A stretch of DNA of 64,000 bases from the NCBI GenBank assembly GCA_050084515.1, contig CM114271.1, forward strand, positions 28,086,001-28,150,000. Reading direction: 5' to 3'. Position numbers and translations under genes: made by a program. This DNA comes from Blasia pusilla. Taxonomy: Eukaryota. The notes below the pieces were generated by a model. It was given only the letters and a program-made list of their open reading frames with translations. It made no database searches and was not told the DNA's origin. Position 1 is the first letter of the stretch, and the number at the start of each line of letters is the position of its first letter. This document shows, in pieces, positions 25,908-37,131 of this stretch.

Positions 25908-28900
25908 TGTCGTGTGCATATATATCGCTACACAACATACATGGCTGGTCACATCTACACCACACAACACCGATCTTCCCCACACACGGGTAGATCCAGA
26001 TATATACTGAAATCAACCCATACATATACATGGAGATCACACAACAAAAAGAAAGAGTAGTAAAAACGGCACACCCGGCCTAAAACTCCACTCCTCAATC
26101 TACATCGGCATATCGAGCCTCGTCCACCGTGCGCTATTAAGGAATCCAGACACACATACACGAGAGGTACTCCAATGGCCCAACATGAGAAAGATGGCTT
26201 AGGAAAGCCATGTTCCTCTCTTATATAGGGTTGGGAAGAGCCAAAAGGCTCTTCCCCTTAGAATAGCCATCCCCTTGGTAACACGCGCGCACAGGTTACT
26301 AGGGGCGTGTGACCTGGTCAACAAGTCATCCGGCTGTGAAAGACCTCAACAGGAAAGTTGTCAGAAACGACGTTCTTGACATAATGGACCTATCCTCAAC
26401 CTCATCCGACACTGTGGGATAAAGTTACACTCAAGATAGTCCGCTGGCTCCTACGCCCTATCCACGATAGATCTCGGCCTATCGGCTACTCAGATGTGAC
26501 ACTTTTCATGCACATAAATATTGCTACACAACATACATCGCTGGTCACATCTACACCACACAACACTGATCTTCCCCACACACGGGTAGATCCAGACATG
26601 TACAGAAATCAACTCATACATATACATGGAGATCACACAACTGCCCCCCTAGTTGGCAGTTGGATCCCCCTAACTCCAGATGGAAAATATCACATCTCTC
26701 TGACATGACCTACTACCCTATACAGATTCGTACACATTCATTGTCCCGTGGGAACTACATCAAGAGGGGGGGTCATACATGACATATGCCACCCTCAAGA
26801 ACAACCATCACATACCAACATGGTGGCTGCACCCCTCGCAGATCCACACACTATACACCTCAAGCTTGTAGGTACCACTGCCAAGCTCGGATCCACTGTC
26901 CCGTCTACGTTCGGAAGATGACATGGCGTACAATTGCGCACATGATCCATCCCTCCAACATGAGGACTCCGGTCGGTAATACCTTGCGCACACGTAGGAT
27001 CGTGCCCCCTACAGTGACATCTAGCGTGGTGGGTGCCGCTTGCTGTAAATACACATAATCTCCAAGATGAAAACTCCTAATACCGGGATGATAACCTCCT
27101 TCACCAATTGTTGCGTATCTCTATGTATCTCTCTGTTGAGCAATAGCTAAGTTCTCAAAGGCCATAAGCATAACTCTACAAAAAATCTCTGCCTTCTGAG
27201 AACACGCTTGTACCCACACATCCGGATCATCAAGATTTAACACCTCTGCCATGTCACGTCAAATAGCTGTAGGTAAATCTGGCTCTCTCCCAAAGAGCAA
27301 AAAGTACGGTGAAAATGACGCCAAGGATGCCTGCCGACTAAAGCGATAACCCATAGCCAACCATGGCAACTGTAGGTCCCACTCCCTCAACTTTCCTTGC
27401 TGCAAGCCATACTTGCGCAATCCTCTCTTCACCATCTGTACTACTCTCTCCGCCAACCCATCCGCCTCAGGATGATCTTTGGAGGTGGTGCAGTGATGTA
27501 TCAACGCCTGATCACACAAGGTGTGAAACTCTCCCCTGAACTCGGTACCCTCGGCGGTCAACACCTCCGCCAGTGCACCAAAATGACTAACTCTATCCAC
27601 TTGGAGAAATGCTCCACCATGACCAACAAGTACCTATGATGACGCCCCGTCAATGGCAAAGGTCCCGCAAAGTCTAAACTCCACCGATAACCTAAACCCA
27701 TAATCGAAAAAGGATGTAACAGTGGAGTGGGAGCATTGAAGGATGCTCACACTCTGTCACATACCATACATCTGGCCACAAACTACTGTACCCCAGTATG
27801 CATGCCGTGCCACCAATATTGAATCTGGAGTAAGTTGTAAGTACGCTTCACTCCAAAATGTCCCAACTCCTCATGGGCATGTCGCACTACACGTGCTTGT
27901 TGGGAAGGATGAGGTACCACTCGTATCTTACCATCTCCCCATACCCGCAAAATGTGAGTCCCCTCCCACCTAAACCTCCTGGCTCTTTGTAGGATCTGAT
28001 CCCACTCCCTAGCACTCACTATGCTTGCTATGACGCCAGTGCGCAAGAACTCCACAACCTCCACATCTTCATGGATATCACGACCACCTGTCGCCTCCTC
28101 ACTGACCTCCACATCCAAAGACTCGTCATCCAACCCCACCACTGGAGTCATCACCTGTGGCTGACCTACCATAGTCAACCAACAAAGATAGGTAGATACT
28201 TGCCAACCGGGCGCCATCTACTTATCACTCTCTCTCTGCCATCGACCTTCTGTGTCGTCTCTCTGACTCGGACATGGGTTACAACTCAACCCATCCGCAT
28301 CTTGGTTCAGCCTGCCTGGCCTATGAACCACCTCAAACTCATACTCATGTAGTAATAGAGCCCACCTGGCAAGCTTTCCCGTAAGCTTGTGATAAGTGTG
28401 AAAGGGTTGCCGAATAAATAACACCTGAAATGTGCCACGGCCCACACTACAACCAAGCACTCTCCCTCATAAGAGCTATACTTTTCCTCTTCAATGTTGT
28501 TTGATCGGCTCGCGTAAGCCACAACAAACTCCCTCTCCTCGTCATCTCTCTGAGTAATCACTGCTCCTAGACCCAACATGCTCTAATCCGTATGTAACTA
28601 GAATGGGGGATCCCTAATCGGTCTTTGAAAAATGGGTCAGGACGTCAACCTATCCTTGAGCTCCTGAAATGCTCAATCCTGATCATCTCCCCATAACCAA
28701 ACCTGATCAAGTCTCGTCAACAAGGTCAAAGACTTTGCGATTGCACTAAAACCCTTGACATACCGTCGATAGAAGTTTTCCAGTCCAAGATACGCTTGGA
28801 CTCAACTCACATCTGTAGGGCGTGGAATTTGCGCAGTAGCCTCCACCTTCGTCAACTGAACGCCTAACCCACTCGGGTATATGGTGTGTCCCAAGTACTC

Positions 28901-30614
28901 AATCTGCTCCTGAAAGAATCTGCACTTGCCTGGATTGACCATCAGAGGACCCTCCAAGTGCTGGAACAACACCTTCCATGCTATGAAAGGGTTGAACCGT
29001 GTTGGGGTCCGTATCTCCTGGAAGTCGCACCACGTGTCCAACTCCTGGATAAAATCATCTTAATCGATGGTGCCCACTACACCCGAGAAATGACGCATGC
29101 TCCGATGGCCCATGTCGTCCATCTCCTGCCAAGTGATACTGGCTCCGTCTGCGATCTCGTCACCAGACCCGGTGTCCACTGATAACGATCCAGCCATGGA
29201 TGGATATCGAGGTAGCTCCTCACTCGTAACCCCTCAGTATCTCAATCCACTCCGTGTCACACCACTACTAGTGCTCGTACTACCCCATTCTTCCTGACCC
29301 TAGAAGAATGCCGTGATGACAACCCTATCTCACCCGCTCAAGCACTCAGACTCACCAAGAGTCTCCCACACTCCTCACTAGCTCACCTATGCTAACGTCA
29401 ATCCCGTGATGACACACCCGGCCTCACGCACACTCAACACTCTGGTCTGGCTCACCATGAGCCTCCCAACTGACTCACCTAACCTAGCGACACTCTCGGG
29501 TCATACATGCGACCCCTACTCGGAAACCTCCGTATATCCACCACATGCTACACATGAAAAGAATCTACACTCGTCATCATCATTGCACCCACCTAGCAGT
29601 AGCTACTACCCGATACCCAACACTCTCAATCACACACGACAAGTGCGGGAAAAGGGACTCGAATGGGTAACGTGATCACGCCCTCCAACCTACGTACCGT
29701 CAACACTCACTCCTCCATGTGGTATGGCAACCTTTGCAACACGACACTCTCCTCCTTTGGGAGGGGTGTGGGTTTGCATCCGCACCTAGCCGCCTCCGCA
29801 ACCCTAACCGCCTCCGTGACCCGGCCGCCTCCGCGATCTAAACCTAGCCCGCCTCCACGCCCAAGCCGCCTCCAGGAAAATTCTTTCCTTCCTGCTCTTT
29901 CCCGACACACCCGCTTGCGTACACTCGACGCCACACCGCGCGCTACACCTGACTACTGTCCCCCGTCACCCCGCACCAAAGAAATCTGCGAAAAATAGAG
30001 AGCACTTCCGCGCATGGCCTTCCGAACTCAAAGTGACCAACACAACGCCAAGCAGCATCTCCAGGGGCTCCCAACCAAGGCAACTCGCTTGCCTACCTGC
30101 AAACAACAAATTCCCACCAGCCCCTGACATCTTTCTCATGTAAAAATAAAGAGTAGTAAAAACAACACACCTGGCCTAAAACTCCACTCCTCAATCTACA
30201 TCGGCATATCGAGCCTCGTCCACCCTGCGCTATCAAGGAATCCGGATGCTAGCACCCTAGTCCTATCTCACACACATACAAGAGAGGTACTCCAATGGCC
30301 CAACATGAGAAAGATGGCTTAGGAAAGCCATCTTCGTCTCTTATATAGGGTTGGGAAGAGCCAAAAGGCTCTTGCCCTAAAAATAGCCATCCCCTTGGTA
30401 ACATGCGCGCACAAGTTACTAGGGGCGGGTGACCTGGTCAACAAGTCACCCGGTTGTGAAAGACCTCAACAGGAAAGTTGTCAAAAACGACGTTCCTTAC
30501 ACAATGGACCTATCCTCAACCTCATCCGACACCGTGGGACAAAGTTACACTCAAGATAGTCGGCTGGCTCCTATCCACGATAGATCTCAGCCTATCGGCT
30601 ACTCAGATGTGACA
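25908..30614 (-). mobile_element. Ty3/Gypsy retrotransposon (internally deleted) with permuted/split LTRs
   Basis: Minus-strand pol pieces: RT C-terminus (NPGKCRFFQEQIEYLGH), RNase H (LGLGAVITQ..VAYASRS..YSSYEGECL), HHCC (HEELGHFGVKRT), integrase core (EGTEFRG..HPEADGLAERVVQMVK), PHD finger. Repeats: 25908-26043 matches 26504-26640, and 26047-26501 matches 30142-30614. PPT at 26641-26650. Exact left end is ambiguous (25902-25910) and there is no clean TSD. Confidence 0.92.
30128..30138 (-). promoter_or_regulatory. Self-priming primer-binding site (TGAGAAAGATG)
   Basis: Immediately follows the LTR-terminal CA (30140-30139) and is perfectly complementary to 30316-30306, which begins 31-32 nt downstream of TATATAA (30347-30341). 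Confidence 0.8.
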
Positions 30615-31414
30615 TATGCGTTCAACACATCACGCTCTCCTTGCTAATCCGTTGTCAAATCCTTTCACATTAGCCGTGAGTTGAGTCAGCCAGCCTTGCG
30701 TTGCTCAAGTCTCTCGTCATCCTTCAAACTCAACAAATCTAGACGAGGTCGAATATCAACCTAACCCCTTACTCCCCAACATAACCAAGTTATTCAAGAC
30801 TTGGGATACACTTCCTTGACATTTATAGAGTGAATACATATGAGTGCCAACATAAATTGGTTGTCATATGCATAAGCTCAAGATCCACCTAACTATGAAT
30901 CCTAATATATCTACAAATGAATGGTTGGACATATCCCAATATAAAAATCAACATGCTATATCATCGTTCATTGAAGCATCCACTCAAGATATGCAATACT
31001 GTAGCAACAAGAGAAAAATTGAATCAATAATGAACTCTCATTGTACAACCTCTGATCAATCCTAACCCATTCTTACTTGAGAGAATCAAGGCTCAATACA
31101 ACAACATACCTGTAGCATATTATATATAGATCCTAACATTAGCCTTATCTAAGGAAGATGAGTTTCAAATGAGCCTCGCCCAAGGAATACCCCCTATGCA
31201 AAGGATCATGGAGTACACAATATTCTTACTCTCCAACCAATCCTTCACATAGTCTTCTCACAAGATAACATAATCTATCATGTTGGCATACTAACCTTGA
31301 GCTAAGACTTCACTTGCTCACAATATATAGACATCTCACATGTTTATGAGGCGCATTAGTTTTGGATCACTATTGAATTTGATTGGCCCAAACAACAAGC
31401 GTGGATTTATTTAG

Positions 31415-31743
31415 CATGGTTGCACAAAAAAAGCAAGTCCGCCCCTAGGACAGATATGGACGGACAAGTTTGGACATGTCCACGGACATGGATTGCAAAA
31501 AGTGGGGCCCACACTTATAGTTCATGGTGGAAGGCAAGACAAGGATGGACGAGACAAGAAGGGGGGAGGGAGTGGAAGTGGGAGAAGAAAGAAAGGAGAA
31601 AGTATAAATCACAAAGGCAAGTGGGGAGGATGAGAAAGAAGGGGGAGATGGAGCCCATTTGGACAAGTCCTTCTATACGACAGACGTAAGTCCACAAACA
31701 TGGACATGTCCGCGGACACGGAGTTTGTCCATATACAACCTTG
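31415..31743 (-). mobile_element. hAT-type MITE (copy 1)
   Basis: Termini CATGGTTGCA...TACAACCTTG; reverse complement of 47518-47837; GGACA/TGTCC subterminal motifs. Flanks TTATTTAG/TAATCGAG match only 5/8. Confidence 0.85.
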
Positions 31744-31899
31744 TAATCGAGTGAATTATCTATCGTGGCACTTCATCCACATCTTAGTATGAAGCTTGTT
31801 GTCAATTATATAGATTTGGCTTTGTTCAAATCTTAGCAAACCATGCTTCAAGCTTATGTTGACTACCTTCTCTTACCATTACTACTTTCTTCTCAAATT

Positions 31900-33330
31900 C
31901 TCATCTTCTTGGGTATCCTTCATATATGCTTCACAAATCTTTCTTTCCAAATCTATTTCTTTTGGAAACATGGCTCACAACACTTACATCATGGATGACA
32001 TTATCTTTCTCCGACTTGTGTCTAAACCCTATCGGTTCCACATTCATAAGCACCAAGTTATCATGTCATCGCAATTTTTCAATGTAATGTAATCCTATAT
32101 CTCATAATACTTAAGAAATATGTTATCAGTGTACACTTAAATGTGATGAAACCCCAAGAAATGACGACACTTCCTCAAAAAATGAACCAATACATACAAC
32201 TCTTTCTTATGAGTAGGTCATATGCGCTGCATGTTCTTGACCTTCTTGTTTTTGTACACAATATGTCTCCTTCTTGCACCAACATTCTTACAATCACATG
32301 GTCACTAGCATCTGTATGCACTTGGAACGGTTTGTAAAACTCTAATAATCTTAACATTTACTCATGTGACAAGATTTCTTTTATTTTCGTAAATATTGCA
32401 TCAAATTATTTGGTCCATGTGATGTTGGAAAAATTTGGGGTCCAATCCATAAGAGGTCTCACTATTCCTAAGAAGTTCCTCACATACGTCTGATAGAATT
32501 GGAGTGATTCTATGAACCTTTTGATCTGCTTCATTGTGGAGGGAGATTGCCAATCAAAAATAATGGTAGCTTTGATCCTCTCCATATCAAGATTGAATTT
32601 TTCTGCACCAATCGATCACATGTTCCCATAACTTGATTTCCTCAAGCTAAATTTTCTCTTCTCTACATTGCCACATAGCGTGTTCGATCTAATGTTCACA
32701 AAATCACCTCGAAGTAATGACATACTCATCCATCTCCCTATGAAAGATGGATTTCTTCAATGTGATGAATGTTAAAGACGCATTACACAAACCAAAAGAC
32801 ATCACTACAAACTCAAGGGAATCATATCTCATCCTACACGTAATCATCTCCACATTAGCCTCCATATGAAGATCTAGTGATAGCCTAACTTTTAGTCGAT
32901 CCTATTGAAGTAATTAACACCCAACATCCTATCGGAGAGGTCATCCATCCACCGTCACTTCATTTAGCATCCAATAGTCAATACATAATCTCAATTTCCC
33001 ATCCTCCTTCTTCACAAAGAGAATCGGTGTTCCACAAGGTTACTTACTTGTTTGGTTGTATCCCTTCTTGAATAGCTTACCCATGGCCGATTGGTTCTTC
33101 AATTCCACAAGCTCAAATTGATTGAGTCTATACGGAGCATTTGAAGGTGGTTGAAAACATGATATCATTTCAATCTTGTCACATATTTTTCGCTCCTAGC
33201 TGGTAATTCATTCAAAAGTGAATTTGTAATATTTTTTCTTAACCAATCTGTGAAAGTATCCTCAAAAGTGACTCTTGATCTCTAAGTGTTTTGCTTGTAG
33301 TCTCTACTTGGCGCATCAAGAAAAGAAAGA
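31900..33330 (-). mobile_element. Highly decayed Gypsy RT-RNase H remnant (different family)
   Basis: KPFQVHTDASD (RNase H) at ~32300 and FVVMSFGLCNA (RT) at ~32800; many stops; boundaries approximate. Confidence 0.8.
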
Positions 33331-33597
33331 TTGTAGTAAATGCAATTCACGAGATTGAGTAGGTCTCCCAAATTCTCCCTTTTGGTTTAGTGTTGATTCA
33401 TTTCTCCATCAATAGACGAGGATGTGTCATTGGAGTGTTGTGGTTTGTTTGGTTTAGTATGTTTAGGTATTTATTCACATCTTAAATTTAAAGAATCGAA
33501 GACAACAACATATCCTTCCTACATATTGCGTAATGGGAGGATATGTTGTCCCCCAAACTTTGTTTCCATTATAAGTTGAAAGAAAATTAACATAAAT

Positions 33598-33636
33598 ATT
33601 TGGGTCCCACGGGCTTGATATATTTATCATTTTATA
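33598..33636 (+). mobile_element. Extreme 3'-end stub of the same LINE family
   Basis: tttgggtcccacgggcttgatatatttatcattt matches the LINE 3' terminus at 3595-3640 and the reverse complement of 5910-5945. Confidence 0.7.
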
Positions 33637-33955
33637 CAAGAGACATCTATATTATTATTGGTGAGTGTCTTTTTGATTTGTAAACATGTGACACCCACAC
33701 AATAAGAAAATGTTTAAGATTGTGTACATAAATGATTAATCCTTTCAATCTAGTGCAGGACAAGGGGCCACTAGTATTTTGTTGTAACTCACTTCACTTA
33801 AGGGTCCTATATAATTCAGACTCAATGGATTCCATAGGGGATTTTAAGAGATAGAATCACTTTTAGATTCCTACTAAGCAGGAAGTGTGAGAAAGCATCC
33901 ACAATTTACAGTAAGAAATATGTCATTAGTTGATCCACTATGGGCCGAATCACTA

Positions 33956-34080
33956 GAGTATAAGTCCTACTTCAGGCCTAGTAGTAGAGCGATGGATCAT
34001 AAAGAAATGTGGTGGTGGAGTATGAAGTCCTACTTTTGGCCTAGTAGTAGTGTGATGGATCATAAAGAAGTGTGGAGGTG
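33956..34080. repeat. ~62-bp tandem duplication
   Basis: aagtcctactt..gcctagtagtag..gatggatcataaagaa.tgtgg occurs twice in tandem. Confidence 0.8.
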
Positions 34081-35050
34081 AAGTTGGAACCTTATCGACT
34101 TCTCGCAAGGCGCGCATCTTGTGCGGACATTGTACGCGACGACGATCTCCCAGAAGGTACCAGAAATCCTAGATTTCACTCGTTCTCATATAGATTTGAA
34201 AAACAACTGCATTCGCTATAGAGGCTAAGGATTAGTTCCTTAGATCTTGAACCCTCTAACACCTTAGTCCGAATGGCGCACGCTTGTCTTGCATTCTAGT
34301 GACATCCTGATCTACGATTAGGGTCTACGATCATGCGACCACCGGCACCGCGGATTGGAGCATGACCACAATGACACATCCCAGGCACCATTAGCTGATT
34401 CCAAATCTACAAATGTTTAGAACATGTTACGTTCGTGCTTTGAGTGCAGCTACGAAGAGGCCAAAATTTTAGAGCCGCCCAAAGAATCTATGCGTATATT
34501 TATATCAAGAATCTATACGTATATGTTCATATGATTCCCACCTGCGGATCCCACCGGTGAGAGAATTTGGGCTCTCACCGGTCAGGGTGCATTGGATACA
34601 TGAATTTTAAATAGTTCACTCTGATTTGAAATTCGCGATGAGTATATATCCACGTAGCCCCCGTGCCTGCAAACATTTGAGCGTCATGCTGTTAGATCTG
34701 GAACCAGCAGCCGAACGTAGGATACCGGAGTCCTGAATGAACCAGATGCTAGGTATCATCATCCACTAATCCTGATGAATGTACGTTGTTGTAGTTGACT
34801 CCATGTCATGTGATTTACCGACCTGGGAATCACAATGTCTACCTGTGACCACTCTAGGTCTTTCCTGCTAGTTTAGGACTGTTGATGATAGACGACTTCC
34901 AATCAATCGAGATTTCCGATTCTCAATACGTAGCTTAATAATTCTGTATTGTGCCTGCGTACATCATGGAGGGTAGTAAGTAGTTCGTCAAGTGAAAGCG
35001 TACTAGTATCGTAGCAGCATTTCGGTGTCTGTCTGCCTGTCAGTCAGTCA

Positions 35051-37131
35051 TCAGAAGTTGGTGCCTTCGTATGTTTGACCAAAGCGCCAGTACCGAGGAA
35101 TCACGTCCCAGGATGTGGCAACGCGACCATCGCCGGTTGTCACTCGGAATGATAAGCCTGCGGCTGCGAGTTGTTTGTCGTTTATTTGCCAGTTCTGACC
35201 CCAGTTCCTCCGCATGTACAACCACGGGGTGTTTGGACCTTTCACAGACACTGATCGAACGTCTCCGGCTCCACCGACATTGGTGAGGAGCACCAGGAAA
35301 GCCCATGGGTTTCCGTTCATTGTGAAGTGGATGCCTCCTCTTCTCGAGCAGGGGACCCTGCACCAGAGAGCATCATGATCGAGGATCCATGGAGAGTTAG
35401 TGAACACATCTTGAGCATTTATACGCAGCGAGAGAAAGAAGCCTTGAATTCGGTATCACCGATCATTCAAATCGGAGACAATTCTAATTGCGTGAAACTG
35501 GTAATTTCTATTCTAACGGTGCGGAATCGCGGATTGTAGCGGAGTTTTAGAAAGACACAGTTGTTCTTGTTTCGTGTACGCATTCTCCAGCGGTCACCTA
35601 AAATTAGACGTCAATCAATCATGAGTAGCAATCACCCTAAACCCCGACAGAAATTCAGACTACGTATAGCTAAGGTAGGTTTTGACGATTCCAAATCCGA
35701 TGTGCACTCCCTGACCCAAAATAGTGCCTCAATCTTTGAACAAGATGTGGTCGGTGCTTACTCATGGGGTCAGATCCCACTGACTACCATACATCGGATG
35801 CTATTCAAAGGTCGCAATCAGTTCTCGAGAGAGGGCCTCTCGGATGCGGACAAGAATGAGTGAAGATCTAAAAAACTTGGCTGGCATGCATATGCTCCTT
35901 TTCAATAACAGGAGCAGTGCCTGCCTAATAATGGAATGGAACGCAAAACTTCGAGAGTCGGGATTCGAACAGATTTGAGTATGAGTAGCGGCGACCTATC
36001 AATGGCCAGTGAACGTTCTCTCTACCAACATCAGAATTTACTAGTTCAAGTCTTGAAGCCTTGTGAGCACGTAGCTTTGACACAGGGCTTCTCAGTCCTG
36101 CATTGATGGCCACTATCGACGGAGGAAGTTGAGTTCCATGCCTTGGTGGATATCGATCAATTGATTTACATCATCCTTCGATTCCATGTATGAACTTTAC
36201 AGAATCGAGTCAGACTGATGTTCTAGGAATTGCTCAAACGGGGTGAATACATGACCGAGCGACTTATACTTTGAGAGGTTTCATCACGAGGGCTCCGTAT
36301 CCATACCTTCTGAATTGGACAGGAACTATGCCGGCACGGTAGATGGCAATTCGCTCATATGCAGGCTGCGACAAGTCGAAATGCTGTAACGGGTAGTTGC
36401 ACCACCCCCCAGCATTATTCGGATGGGCATGATTTTGAGGGCAAAAATTGGTGGCCGTGATTTGGATCGAACCCCTGCCTGGGAGACACCATCTTGGAGA
36501 ATTGCATTTTATCTCGAAGCAGGCTCCACATGATAGTCCATTATTAAAAAGCGTAGTACTCAAAGCAGCTGTGCTTGTCCCGTATCCTGTGCGGTAGAGA
36601 TTTCCGTAACCACACGCTCCTCCTGACCGATCCGCGATCAAAACATTATTAATTCAAGCGTACTACCAATCGATGAAGGTGGCACGTACAACCAACCTAT
36701 CATTAACGATCCGCATCTTGTGGACCAGGAAATTTCCCGGACCAGAAAAATTAGACTAGCGGACATGTATGCTTGCAAGCATCGTGAGCATGCTATCTGA
36801 GGCATGACTTCTCGTATTGGCTGCTGGTGAGCCTGGATTGGTAGCTCCCAGTACCTTCAGTTGGTGTATGTAGACCTTGCTTTCAAGCAGTACATCGATT
36901 AACCCACTGCTCACAGAGAACTAGGTGTAGAGAGCCTACTCTACGAGTTGTACCTTGAGTCCCTTGTGCATCGCTGCCTCCATAAAATGTTGCATGACCG
37001 TCACTCCATCCCCAGTAAAGCGCAAAAGTACTTCCAAGGTGGCCCGCACATAACACAGCAACGACAATAAGTTTCATCGCCCATGCTCCCACAGGGGTAC
37101 CGGTCTTCCGTGTGCACATCTTTCCACTCAT
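35051..37131 (-). CDS. EXPA: Alpha-expansin (EXPA), 3 exons; 266 aa from ATG 37131 or 248 aa from ATG 37077
   Basis: Exons 37131-36954, 36622-36307, 35357-35051 with GT-AG introns in phases 1 and 2. Motifs [76 protein letters not shown]. Signal peptide [19 protein letters not shown]. Confidence 0.97.

Noticed and set aside
26641-30138. Tyrosine recombinase that would explain the split repeats
   Set aside because: No R-H-R-Y motif or suitable ORF seen. This copy is internally deleted, so absence from the family is not established.
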